From Chthoniobacteraceae bacterium (GTDB taxonomy: Bacteria; Verrucomicrobiota; Verrucomicrobiia; Chthoniobacterales; Chthoniobacteraceae): a stretch of 64,000 bases of DNA. A model generated the notes under the pieces. That model saw only the letters and a program-made list of their open reading frames with translations. It did no database searches and was not told the origin of the DNA. Position 1 is the stretch's first letter. Each line of letters opens with the position of its first letter. Positions 50,143-59,489 of this stretch are shown here, one piece after another. The position numbers were made by a program, and so were the translations under genes. The DNA is taken from the NCBI GenBank assembly GCA_031409335.1, contig JANNWY010000196.1:32001-96000 (forward strand), read 5' to 3'.

Positions 50143-51090
50143 ATGCACGCCGATCCGTTCCACAAAACTGTCTCCGTCGAGCCCATCGAGAAGGGCGGCT
50201 CGGGTCGCAAATTCTGGCGGCTGCACGCCGGCGGGCCTTCGCTCATCCTCGTGCGCTACGGCCCCGATCGGCCTGAAAACAAACACTACGTCGCGATCGG
50301 CCGCTTCCTCGCCGGAGTGGGCGTGCGCGTGCCGGCGGTTCATTTTCACGATGAAGCCGAGGGACTCATCCTGATGGAAGACGCGGGCGAGACGGACCTG
50401 TGGAGCTTTCGCGCCGCGCCGTGGCGCGAGAGGCGCGCGCTGTATCAGCGCGCGCTGGATCAGGCGCTCATCCTGCACACGCAGGCGCACGCCGATCCCG
50501 CCGCGGGCACTTTGCAAATCCTCCAGCCGGTCTTCGATTCCGCGCTGTATCGCTGGGAACAGGAATACTTTTTCGAGCACTGCCTCGGCCGCCATTTTGG
50601 AATCACGGAACACCCAAACCTCGCGCGCCTTCGCGAAATCGCCGATCAACTCGCCGCCGAGCCGCGCTGTCTCGTGCACCGCGATTTTCAAAGCCAGAAC
50701 GTGCTCGTGCGCGACGGCGAAGTCTGCCTGATCGACTTTCAGGGCCTGCGCCCTGGCCTCGCCGCGTACGATCTCGCGTCGCTGCTGCTCGATCCGTATG
50801 TCGATCTCACCGCCGAGGAACGCGAGGAGCTGCTCGCGCATTATCTGAGCGGATTGCACGGCCCCGGACGGCAGGACAATCCGCACTTCCGCGCGATCTA
50901 CGACTGCTGCGCGATGCAGCGGCTCATGCAGGCGCTCGGCGCGTATGGAAAGCTCGGGCACCTCGATGAACGCACGCATTTCCTCGAACACATCCCGGTG
51001 GCGCTTGCCCGTCTGCACGGCGTGGTCGCGCGGATCGACGGGCTCGATGAACTCGCGGCAATGCTCGCCTCGCTGCCGGCTAAAAAATAG
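50143..51090 (+). CDS. APH-superfamily phosphotransferase, AmgK-like (anomeric MurNAc/GlcNAc kinase)
   Basis: GGSGRKFWR, ILMEDAG, LVHRDFQSQNVL, LIDFQGLRPG..YDLASLLLDPY, QRLMQALGAYG. Start uncertain. Confidence 0.82.
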   Translation: MHADPFHKTVSVEPIEKGGSGRKFWRLHAGGPSLILVRYGPDRPENKHYVAIGRFLAGVGVRVPAVHFHDEAEGLILMEDAGETDLWSFRAAPWRERRALYQRALDQALILHTQAHADPAAGTLQILQPVFDSALYRWEQEYFFEHCLGRHFGITEHPNLARLREIADQLAAEPRCLVHRDFQSQNVLVRDGEVCLIDFQGLRPGLAAYDLASLLLDPYVDLTAEEREELLAHYLSGLHGPGRQDNPHFRAIYDCCAMQRLMQALGAYGKLGHLDERTHFLEHIPVALARLHGVVARIDGLDELAAMLASLPAKK

Positions 51091-51134
51091 CGCCTTTGCA
51101 GATGACGAGTCGTGGATTCCATTTGCCAGCCGCC

Positions 51135-54100
51135 ATGAGATTTTCCGCCGTCGCATTCGCCATCACCGCTTTTTCGATCCCTGCTTTGCGCGCGGCGGAC
51201 GCGCCGGATTTCAATCGCGAGGTGCGGCCGATCCTCTCGAACTATTGCTTCAAATGCCACGGCCCGGATGACAAGACGCGGAAGGCAAAACTGCGGCTCG
51301 ATGTGCGCGACGAGGCGCTGAAGCCCGCGAAGTCCGGCGACCACGCGATCGTGCCGGGGAACGTCAATGAGAGCGAACTGGTGACGCGCATTTTTTCCAA
51401 GGACGAGGACGAGCTGATGCCGCCGCCCGCGACGAAAAAGGAGATGACCGACCAGCAGCGCGATGTGCTGAAACGCTGGATCGCATCGGGCGCGAAGTAT
51501 GATGCGCACTGGGCATTCCTCGCGCCGAAGCAGGCCGTGGCGATTGCGGATTGCGGATTGCGGATTGCGGATTGGGAAAAGCGCAACGCCGCTCGCGGGG
51601 CGGAACTCAGGCGGCAGCAGGTGGCGCTGGAAAAATGGCCGGAGAATCCCATCGACGAGTTCGTGCTCGATCGACTCTTGAGAGAAGGACTCACCCCTTC
51701 GCCGGACGCTGATCCGCACACGCTTTGCCGCCGGCTTTACCTCGACCTCACCGGACTGCCGCCGACACCGGAGGAGGCGCAGGCCTTTGTGGATGGGTCC
51801 CATAGGTCGAATGGGTCCCATACGACCTATGAGCAACTCGTGGACAAGCTGCTCGCCTCGCCAAAGTACGGCGAACGCTGGGCCCGCCGCTGGCTCGATC
51901 TCGCGCGCTACGCCGACACGAATGGCTACGAAAAAGATCGCAACCGCAGCATCTGGCCGTGGCGCGATTGGGTGATCAAGGCGCTGAATGCGGACATGCC
52001 GTTCGATCAATTCACGATCGAACAACTCGCGGGTGATCTGCTGCCAAATGCGACGCCCGATCAGATCGTCGCGACCGGCTTTCACCGGAACACGATGTTG
52101 AATGAAGAAGGAGGCATCGATCCGCTGGAGTTTCGTTTTCACGCGATGACCGATCGGATGGCGACGACGGGCGTGACGTGGATGGGCCTCACGGTCGGCT
52201 GCGCGCAGTGCCACACGCACAAGTTCGATCCGATCCAGCACCGCGAGTATTACCAGATGATGGCGTTCCTGAATAACGCCGACGAGCCGGAGTTCGATTT
52301 ACCCGATCCGACGGCGGCCGAGCGTGCAAAGAAGAATGCAGAGCGCGTGACGAAGCTGCTCACAGAACTGCCCGACAAGTGGCCGGTGGATGCGGGCGAC
52401 GCGCGCTGGGAGTCGCCGCGTCCGGTGGAGGTAAAGACGGAGTCGGGCGAAGTGCCGAAGCTGCTCGACGATAGTTCCGCGCTCTTCGCCGCGCCGGGGC
52501 CTGCCGCGGATGTCTGCACGTTTGTTTTTGAAACGGAGACGACCGGCATCGACCGCGTGAGGCTCGAAGCGCTGACCGATGATTCGCTGCCTGCGAAAGG
52601 GCCGGGCCGGGTCTCCCACGGAAACTTCGTGCTGACCGAAATCGTGGTGATGGCTGCACCAAAGTCGGCGCCCGAGAAGATGGAGCGCATGGCGATCGTA
52701 AGCGGGACGGCGGATGCGGAGCAGGACACTTTCCCGATCGGGAATGCCTTCGACGGAAACGATGCGACGGGTTGGGCCGTGCATGCGCCGGGCAAACCGC
52801 TGAATGCGCCGAAGACCGCGGTCTTCACCTTGAAGCAGCCAGTTGGATTTCCTGGCGGCACCCGGATCGTCGTGCGGCTCGAACAAAAGCACGGAGCCGC
52901 GCACACGATCGGGCGTCCGCGATTGAGCTTTGGCGCGCCCGCGGGCGAGCTGAAGCCGGTGACCGAGCGGCGGGGCGAGATCGTCGAGAAAAAATTTGCC
53001 GAATGGCTGGCGCGGGAGCGCTCCCGGACAGTCGCGTGGACGGTGCTCCGCCCTGTGGAGGCGAAATCGAATATGCCGCTGCTCACGTTGCAGCCCGATG
53101 GGTCGATTTTTGGAAGCGGCGACATCACGAAGGCGGACACCTACGATTTGAAATTCACGAACGTCCCGCGCGGCATCACCGCGATCCGACTGGAGGCGCT
53201 GCCCGATGAACGCCTGCCGAATCATGGACCGGGGATGACCTATTACGAAGGACCGAAGGGCGACTTTTTTCTCGGTGAATTCCAACTCAGCGCGGGCGGG
53301 CAGTCGGTGAAGTTCAGCAAAGCCACCGAGACATTTTCCAAGAACGCGATGGGTGGCACTCCAGCGCCGGCGGCGCTCGCCATCGACGGCGATCCGCAGA
53401 CCGGCTGGTCCACCGGCGGGCGCGAGGGGCAGGAAAGCGATGCCGTGTTCCGGCTCGCGGCACCGCTCGGCGAGGCGCGCGAGCTTTCGCTGAAGATGAT
53501 GTTCGGGCGCCACTACGCTTGTTCGCTCGGGCGCTTTCGGATTTCCGTCACCAACGATCCGCGGGAGATCGAGGCCCGCGAGATTCCGGATGAAATCGAG
53601 CGTCTGCTCGTGATTCCCGAGACCACGCTGACGAATGCCCAGCGCCAGGAACTGCGACAGCATTTTCTTCTCACCGCGCCAGAACTCGCCGCCGCACGTG
53701 CGGAGATCGACAACTTGCGCAAGGCCCCGTCTGCCTTCGCGTCGACTCTCGTTCTCCGCGAGCGCCCGCCGGAAAATCCGCGCCCGACCTTCATCCACAA
53801 TCGCGGCGAATTCCTGCAGCCGACGGATCGCGTCGAGCCGGGCGTTTTTGGGTTCCTTCCTGCGTTGCCGGACAAGGCTAAACCCGATCGTCTGGCCTTC
53901 GCGCGCTGGCTCGTGTCGCCGGAGAATCCGCTGACCGCGCGCGTCACCGTGAACCGCCAGTGGGCGATCCTGTTTGGGCGCGGGCTGGTGCGAACCACGG
54001 AGGATTTCGGGTATCAGGGCGAGTCGCCTTCGCATCCGGAATTGCTCGACTGGCTCGCGGTCGAATTCGTGAAGCAAGGCTGGTCGCTGAAAAAGCTGCA

Positions 54101-54803
54101 CCGTCTGATCGTAACCAGCGCGACCTACCGGCAGTCCTCGCGCGTGACGCCGAAATTGCTGGCGAAAGACGCCGAGAATAAATGGCTCGCCCGCGGACCC
54201 CGCGGACGGCTGGACGCCGAAGTCATTCGCGATTCCACGCTGCGCGCCGCCGGATTGCTCTCCGGAAAAATCGGCGGTCCGAGCGTCCGCCCGCCACAAC
54301 AGGAAGGCGTGAGCGAAGTCGCCTACGGCGGCGGAAGATGGGACGCGAGCGCGGGCGAAGATCGCTACCGCCGCGGGCTCTACACCTTCATCAAGCGCAC
54401 CGCCCCCTACGCGATGCTCACGACCTTCGACGCCCCGACCGGCGAAGCCTGCATCGCCCGCCGCGACGTTTCCAATTCCCCGCTGCAAGCCCTCACGCTA
54501 CTCAACGACATCGTCTTCATCGAAGCCGCGCAGGCGCTCGGGAAGACGCTCGCGAGCCAGCCCGGCAGCATCGACGAGCGCATCGCATCGCTCTTTCGCC
54601 AAGTCCTCACGCGCCCGCCGACCGCGGATGAAACGGCGCTGCTCGCCAAGTTTTTCGTGACGCAAAAAGCGCGCTTCGTTTCAAACGAACTCGATGCCAA
54701 AGCCATCGCCGGCGAAGGCACCGGCGACGTGAATGAACGCGCCGCGTGGACGGCGCTGGCGCGGGCGATTTTCAATCTGGATGAAGCGGTGACAAAAGAC
54801 TGA
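51135..54803 (+). CDS. Planctomycete cytochrome c / DUF1549 / DUF1553 (PSD1) protein
   Basis: Signal peptide, CFKCH and CAQCH heme motifs, NPIDEF, RRLYLDLTGLPPT, YGERWARRWLDLARYADT, PSHPELLDWLA, PLQALTLLND. Confidence 0.95.
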   Translation: MRFSAVAFAITAFSIPALRAADAPDFNREVRPILSNYCFKCHGPDDKTRKAKLRLDVRDEALKPAKSGDHAIVPGNVNESELVTRIFSKDEDELMPPPATKKEMTDQQRDVLKRWIASGAKYDAHWAFLAPKQAVAIADCGLRIADWEKRNAARGAELRRQQVALEKWPENPIDEFVLDRLLREGLTPSPDADPHTLCRRLYLDLTGLPPTPEEAQAFVDGSHRSNGSHTTYEQLVDKLLASPKYGERWARRWLDLARYADTNGYEKDRNRSIWPWRDWVIKALNADMPFDQFTIEQLAGDLLPNATPDQIVATGFHRNTMLNEEGGIDPLEFRFHAMTDRMATTGVTWMGLTVGCAQCHTHKFDPIQHREYYQMMAFLNNADEPEFDLPDPTAAERAKKNAERVTKLLTELPDKWPVDAGDARWESPRPVEVKTESGEVPKLLDDSSALFAAPGPAADVCTFVFETETTGIDRVRLEALTDDSLPAKGPGRVSHGNFVLTEIVVMAAPKSAPEKMERMAIVSGTADAEQDTFPIGNAFDGNDATGWAVHAPGKPLNAPKTAVFTLKQPVGFPGGTRIVVRLEQKHGAAHTIGRPRLSFGAPAGELKPVTERRGEIVEKKFAEWLARERSRTVAWTVLRPVEAKSNMPLLTLQPDGSIFGSGDITKADTYDLKFTNVPRGITAIRLEALPDERLPNHGPGMTYYEGPKGDFFLGEFQLSAGGQSVKFSKATETFSKNAMGGTPAPAALAIDGDPQTGWSTGGREGQESDAVFRLAAPLGEARELSLKMMFGRHYACSLGRFRISVTNDPREIEAREIPDEIERLLVIPETTLTNAQRQELRQHFLLTAPELAAARAEIDNLRKAPSAFASTLVLRERPPENPRPTFIHNRGEFLQPTDRVEPGVFGFLPALPDKAKPDRLAFARWLVSPENPLTARVTVNRQWAILFGRGLVRTTEDFGYQGESPSHPELLDWLAVEFVKQGWSLKKLHRLIVTSATYRQSSRVTPKLLAKDAENKWLARGPRGRLDAEVIRDSTLRAAGLLSGKIGGPSVRPPQQEGVSEVAYGGGRWDASAGEDRYRRGLYTFIKRTAPYAMLTTFDAPTGEACIARRDVSNSPLQALTLLNDIVFIEAAQALGKTLASQPGSIDERIASLFRQVLTRPPTADETALLAKFFVTQKARFVSNELDAKAIAGEGTGDVNERAAWTALARAIFNLDEAVTKD
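51544..51574. repeat. Heptamer array (TTGCGGA)x4 in frame within the PSD1 gene
   Basis: Four perfect units encoding IADCGLRIADW; same unit as at 25943-25970. Confidence 0.92.
51793..51830. repeat. Short palindromic repeat in frame within the PSD1 gene
   Basis: atgggtcccataggtcgaatgggtcccatacgacctat; ataggtcg pairs with cgacctat. Encodes GSHRSNGSHTTY. Confidence 0.7.
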
Positions 54804-54837
54804 CGGCGGGTCCTCCGCGGCTTTCGGCACGATGTGA

Positions 54838-54864
54838 AAGCGGTGAAGGAATCACCGCAGTCCA
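54838..54864. repeat. Single REP-like hairpin after the PSD1 gene
   Basis: aagcggtga-aggaa-tcaccgcagtcca. Confidence 0.4.
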
Positions 54865-54935
54865 GAGCCTTCGGCGGCACCGATATTTCCCGTCGCGCGC
54901 GCCGGATTCAAGGAAAGCTGGAAGTCGCGGTTTGA

Positions 54936-57008
54936 ATGTTGGACCCTCGCCAAATGCACGTGATCCCCACCTTTCTCAGACGGTTCATCAGCGCGGGACT
55001 CGCGCTCGCTTTTCCCGCGACCGGCGACGCCGGCGGCTCGCTCCCGGCTGGCTTCAGCGAATCCGTCTTGGTCTCCGGCCTCACTCAGCCGGTGAGCATC
55101 GCGTGGGCGCCGGATGGCAGCCAGCGGCTCTTCGTCACCGAGAAAGCTGGCGGCATTCGCGTGATCCGAAATGGCGCGCCGCTCGCGACCCCGTTCGCCA
55201 TTTTTCCTCAGCTCTACACGCAGAGCGAATGCGGCGTCCTCGGGCTGTGCTTCGATCCAAATTACGTCGCGAACCGCCACGTGTATGTCTTCGTCACGAT
55301 CTCCGCTTCGGAGCAGCGCATCGTGCGTTTCACCGATGTCGGAAACCGCGGCACCGAGCGCACGAATATCCTGACGGGCTTGCCGACGCTCGGCGTGAAC
55401 CACAACGGCGGCGCGCTGGGCTTTGGCCACGATGGAAAACTGTACTGGGCAATCGGCGACAACGGCGCGAAGCGCGGGGTCGATGGCGATCTGGCGAGCC
55501 TCGCGGCGAAAGTGGGGCGCGCGAATGCGGACGGCAGCGTGCCTTTGGGCAATCCCTTCGCCGACGGCTCCGGGCCGAATAACGACTACATTTGGGCGAC
55601 GGGTTTTCGCAATCCGTTCACGATGACTTTCCAGCCGCGCTCAGGAAAACTCTGGCTGAATGTGGTCGGGTCGAATGCCGAGGGACAGACCGTTCCGAAC
55701 AGCGGCCCTGGCTACGAGCAGATCTTCGCGCTCAATGCGGGCGAAGACGGCGGCTACGATGACTACGAGGGAAACCAGCCGAATGGCAGCCGCTACAACA
55801 CGCCCTTCGCGCGGCCCTTTGCGCATCCGGCTTTGCAGTATAGAACGAGGCCGTTGACCGGCGGCGCGGTGGGCGTGCAGACGCCTGTTCAGGTGCTCGG
55901 GATTTCGCGCTCGACCGGCGTGGATGTCGTTCTGACCGCCACGCCCCATCCGTATTTCACGGGAAACGTCGTGCGGATCACCGGCACAACCGACGCGACT
56001 TTCGACCGCACGTTCGTGGTTCGATCGGTGCCGAGTGCGACGACGTTCACCGCGTTCGATGCCGGAGCCGATGGCAGCGCGAGCGGCGGACAGGCGGCGG
56101 CGCTCTCCTTTGGCAGCAGCATCACGGGCGGCACATTTTATGACAGCAGCGCTTTCCCGGCTGGATCCCGAGGCAACTTTTTCTTCGGCGATTTCACCAG
56201 CGGCCTGCTGATCCGCGCGAAAGTCAATGAAAGGGGCAAAACCTCCGATGTTTCAGTCTTCAGCACGGGCCAGGGCTCGCCCGTCGATCTCGCGGTCGGG
56301 CCGGATGGCGCGCTTTACGTTGCCGACTTCGCCGCGGGAGCCATCCGCCGGATCGCGTGGACGCAAGCGCCCGCCGACCTCCTCGTCACGCCCACCGTTT
56401 TCAAAATGCGCGAAGGCGGACAAGCAAACTTCGCCGTGCGGCTCGGCAGCGCGCCGATCGTCCCGGTCGTCGTGACGACGCACGGCGCGTCGCAAAATCA
56501 AAACGCGGTCGTCACCGCGGGTGAAATGCTCACCTTCAACGCGACGAACTGGAACGTCCCGCAGCCCGTCACGATCGCCGCCGCCACCGACGCGGACGAC
56601 GATGACGAAAGCAGCGAGTTCGTTCTCACCGCGCCGGGACTCGCGGCGGAGACGGTGAGCGTGAGCATCACGGACACGAGCGCTGAAGCGCCGCTGCTTT
56701 CGGTGAATACTTTGACCATCAATGAAGGCAGCGGCGGCAATGTTTTTGTGAGCCTGCCGCAGCGACCCGCGGGCAATGTGACGCTCAGCGTGCGGCGCAC
56801 TTTGGGAATCGCCGCGCGCGTCGTCCACGGTGGGGCGCTCGTGTTCACTCCGGCAAATTTTGCGACGCCTCAGCGCGTTACGATTTACGCGAATCAGGAC
56901 GTGAATACGCGGGATGCGGTCGTGCGTTTCATCATCGGCGGCCGCGGCTACACGGCGCGCGGGATCACCGTCAACGCGCTCGACAACGATCCGCTGCGCG
57001 CGCCTTGA
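54936..57008 (+). CDS. PQQ-dependent sugar dehydrogenase (GSDH-like) with two C-terminal Calx-beta-like repeats
   Basis: GLTQPVSIAWAPDG, ECGVLGLCFDP, NHNGGALGFGHDGKLY, IWATGFRNPF, GPDGALYV; repeats LTFNATNWNVPQPVTI and LVFTPANFATPQRVTI. Start may be 54954. Confidence 0.88.
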   Translation: MLDPRQMHVIPTFLRRFISAGLALAFPATGDAGGSLPAGFSESVLVSGLTQPVSIAWAPDGSQRLFVTEKAGGIRVIRNGAPLATPFAIFPQLYTQSECGVLGLCFDPNYVANRHVYVFVTISASEQRIVRFTDVGNRGTERTNILTGLPTLGVNHNGGALGFGHDGKLYWAIGDNGAKRGVDGDLASLAAKVGRANADGSVPLGNPFADGSGPNNDYIWATGFRNPFTMTFQPRSGKLWLNVVGSNAEGQTVPNSGPGYEQIFALNAGEDGGYDDYEGNQPNGSRYNTPFARPFAHPALQYRTRPLTGGAVGVQTPVQVLGISRSTGVDVVLTATPHPYFTGNVVRITGTTDATFDRTFVVRSVPSATTFTAFDAGADGSASGGQAAALSFGSSITGGTFYDSSAFPAGSRGNFFFGDFTSGLLIRAKVNERGKTSDVSVFSTGQGSPVDLAVGPDGALYVADFAAGAIRRIAWTQAPADLLVTPTVFKMREGGQANFAVRLGSAPIVPVVVTTHGASQNQNAVVTAGEMLTFNATNWNVPQPVTIAAATDADDDDESSEFVLTAPGLAAETVSVSITDTSAEAPLLSVNTLTINEGSGGNVFVSLPQRPAGNVTLSVRRTLGIAARVVHGGALVFTPANFATPQRVTIYANQDVNTRDAVVRFIIGGRGYTARGITVNALDNDPLRAP

Positions 57009-57080
57009 TTCCGCAAGATTGCGCTTGTCGGCCCGATGTCCGCCCCTACTCTCCGCCGCAGTTCTTTGCGAGTCATAGTC

Positions 57081-57332
57081 AGTGAATGGATGAAAGGAAT
57101 TCCGTGAGAATCGGAAACAGTTGCGCTGCTGTAACTGGATACGACTTCCCAATGCCAATCTCTTAAAACCGATTCGTCGGTCGCGGAGGTGAAGGCGGGA
57201 AGGAGGTGTGTGGAGACCGGGTGACCGGGCTTCGCCGAATGCCAGAAGTCAGAACATTTCCACCGTTCACTCTCATTCGTCCCCGCGTGTGCGGGCAGGC
57301 GAAAAACCTTCTTCGCAAGAAAGAAGAATGAG
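57081..57332 (+). promoter_or_regulatory. Cobalamin (B12) riboswitch
   Basis: Core aaaggaa-ttccg-tgagaat-cggaa-a-cag-ttgcg-ctg-ctgtaa; ctgg/ccag and cttccc/gggaag stems; B12-box-like gccagaagtcagaacatttcc; P1 agtgaatgg (57081-57089) / ccgttcact (57263-57271). Loop ttgcg (57121-57125) is complementary to cgcaa (57314-57318) in the loop of hairpin cttctt/aagaag, the L5-L13 kissing loop. Confidence 0.88.
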
Positions 57333-57408
57333 GGCACCACATCGCTCGCCGCGCGGCATTCGCCGTCGCGTCGTGGGTTGGTCTCTCCATCACAAACAAG
57401 AGACATCC

Positions 57409-58209
57409 ATGAAAATGAAATCCATCGCCGTCGCGGGCATCCTCGCGTCGGTTTCCATCGTCAACGCAACCGCCGCCGTCATCGACTTCGACGACCTCAC
57501 CGTGCCACTGAGTGGCTACGAAAACGGGGCGAATCTCGCGGGCGGCTTCACCAGCCGGGGCGCGGGCTTTAACAATTCCTACGAGAGCATGTTTGGCTCG
57601 TGGGACGGGTTTGCCTACTCGACCAACGGCAATACCACGACGGCCGGCTTCCTGAATCAATACAGCGTCTTCACTGGCGGCGGCAGCGATGCGAACGGCA
57701 GCGTCGTGGCGGGCAATGTGTTTGCGCTCGGCTTCGTGGGATTCACCGTGCCGGCGATCTCGCTCGCGGCGGATCAATCGCGCCCGCTTTCGCTGCGCGT
57801 GACGAATACGACCTACGCGGCGCTTTCCATGGCGAATGGCGACGCGTTTTCAAAAAAGTTCGGTGGCGTCAGCGGCAATGATCCCGACTTTTTCAAACTC
57901 ACCGTGACCGCGCTGGATGCGAGCGATGCGCTGATCGGGACGCTGGATGTCTTCCTCGCCGACTTCCGTTTTGCCGACAACTCGCAGGACTACATCCTGG
58001 ATACTTGGACGGCAGTGGACCTTTCGTCGTTCGGCAGCGGAGTGGGTGAATTGCAATTCACGCTCGCCTCTTCCGACAACGGCCTGTTTGGCATGAATAC
58101 ACCCGCGTATTTCGCGATCGATAACGTCGTCGCCGTGCCGGAGCCGGGCGCGGTCGCACTCTTGCTGACGGCCCTCGCCGCGATCGGTTCACGCCGTCGT
58201 TGGAGCTGA
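57409..58209 (+). CDS. DUF4465 (BtuJ-like) PEP-CTERM surface protein
   Basis: Signal peptide, IDFDDL, SWDGFAYS, NQYS, VTNTTYAALSMANGDAFSKKFGG, DFFKL, LADFR, WTAVDLS, SSDNGLFGMNTPAYFAIDN, VPEPG-TM-RRRW. Confidence 0.9.
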   Translation: MKMKSIAVAGILASVSIVNATAAVIDFDDLTVPLSGYENGANLAGGFTSRGAGFNNSYESMFGSWDGFAYSTNGNTTTAGFLNQYSVFTGGGSDANGSVVAGNVFALGFVGFTVPAISLAADQSRPLSLRVTNTTYAALSMANGDAFSKKFGGVSGNDPDFFKLTVTALDASDALIGTLDVFLADFRFADNSQDYILDTWTAVDLSSFGSGVGELQFTLASSDNGLFGMNTPAYFAIDNVVAVPEPGAVALLLTALAAIGSRRRWS

Positions 58210-58211
58210 AA

Positions 58212-59489
58212 ATGAAAGCCACCCCGCTCCATCTGCTGGCGCCCGCCGTGATGTTTTTTCACGGCGGGCTGCTCGCGGGTCCGTACTCCGCGGGCCTGAA
58301 CGATCCGGCGAACGCGAGTGATGCGCCGGTGCCGGGATTTGTGGGGCTCGACGGGATCGGCGGCGTGCCGTTTGAGGACGAATTTGGCGAGCCCATCAAT
58401 GCGCGAAACTATGTGAATCCGCTTTTTTTTGGCTGGGCGTCCTCGTTTTCCGGGTACTCGCGCCCGGCCGACGTAAGCCAATTTTGGGGCAATGCGGGAA
58501 AATCACTCGGGCCGGTGACGGGCAACAATATCCACATCGTTTCCCTCGGCGATCTGAGCGCCGCGCAGATCGGCGGCGGCGCGCTGCCGGGCTCGATCAC
58601 GCTGCATTTTGCGAATCCGATTCGCAATCTGACCGGCGCGGATTTTACCGTTTTTGAAAATGCGCTGATCGAGATCGGCAGCGGGATTTTCGGTGAACTC
58701 GGATACGTCGAGGCGTCGAGCGACGGCGTGAATTTCGTCCGCTTTCCCTCGGCCTCGCTCACCGCGGCCGCAGTCGGCGCGTATGGCACGTTTGATCCGA
58801 CGGATGTCTTCAATCTCGCTGGTAAACATGTGAACGGGGACGGCGATTCGTGGGGCACGCCGTTCGATCTCACGGCGGTCGGGCTCGCGAGCGCGAGTCA
58901 CATTCGCATCGTGGATATTCCGGGTAGCGGCGCGTTTCGCGACAGCGCGAACCGCCCGATTTACGATGCGTGGGTGACGTTCGGCTCGGGCGGCTTCGAT
59001 CTGGAAGCGGTCGGCGCGATTTCGCGCGCGATCGCGTTCGATCAATGGCAAACCGTGCGCGGACTCGTCGGCGCGCAGCGCGGTGCGGCCGTGGATTTGG
59101 ACCGGGACGGTGTTCCGAATTTCCTCGAATACGCCTTCGCGCGACTACCCGATCGCGTGGACGAAACTCCGACTCCCACGACCACGGAAATCGCCGCCGG
59201 GCGACTCGTGATCACCTTTACCCGCGATGAACGCGCGTCCGATCTCGTGTATGAAGTGCAGGCCGCGAACGATCTCGCCGCAAACGCGTGGACAACGATC
59301 GCGCAAAGCACGGCAGGCGCGCCGACCGTGGCTGCGGGCGCGTTCACGCCGGCGATCACCGAGACGAGTGCGAGCGCGATCGCGAGCGTCGGCGTGCTGC
59401 GCAAAGTGCGCGTCGCGGATGTGCAGACCGTGGCCGGAAATGCGCGTCGCTTTTTACGCATCAAAGTGACAAGCATCCCGGTGCCATGA
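58212..59489 (+). CDS. Exported cell-surface protein, BtuH-like domain plus verrucomicrobial C-terminal domain
   Basis: Signal-like N-terminus; IVSLGD...GSITLHFANPIRNLTGADFTVFENA...ELGYVEASSDG...GTPFDL...HIRIVDIPG...GFDLEAVG; then DLDRDGVPNFLEYAF...RRFLRIKVT. Confidence 0.75.
   Translation: MKATPLHLLAPAVMFFHGGLLAGPYSAGLNDPANASDAPVPGFVGLDGIGGVPFEDEFGEPINARNYVNPLFFGWASSFSGYSRPADVSQFWGNAGKSLGPVTGNNIHIVSLGDLSAAQIGGGALPGSITLHFANPIRNLTGADFTVFENALIEIGSGIFGELGYVEASSDGVNFVRFPSASLTAAAVGAYGTFDPTDVFNLAGKHVNGDGDSWGTPFDLTAVGLASASHIRIVDIPGSGAFRDSANRPIYDAWVTFGSGGFDLEAVGAISRAIAFDQWQTVRGLVGAQRGAAVDLDRDGVPNFLEYAFARLPDRVDETPTPTTTEIAAGRLVITFTRDERASDLVYEVQAANDLAANAWTTIAQSTAGAPTVAAGAFTPAITETSASAIASVGVLRKVRVADVQTVAGNARRFLRIKVTSIPVP

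Noticed and set aside
50143..51090. Aminoglycoside resistance gene
   Set aside because: Motifs (HRDFQSQN, IDFQG, QRLMQALG) and proximity to a MurU-like gene fit an AmgK-type sugar kinase better.
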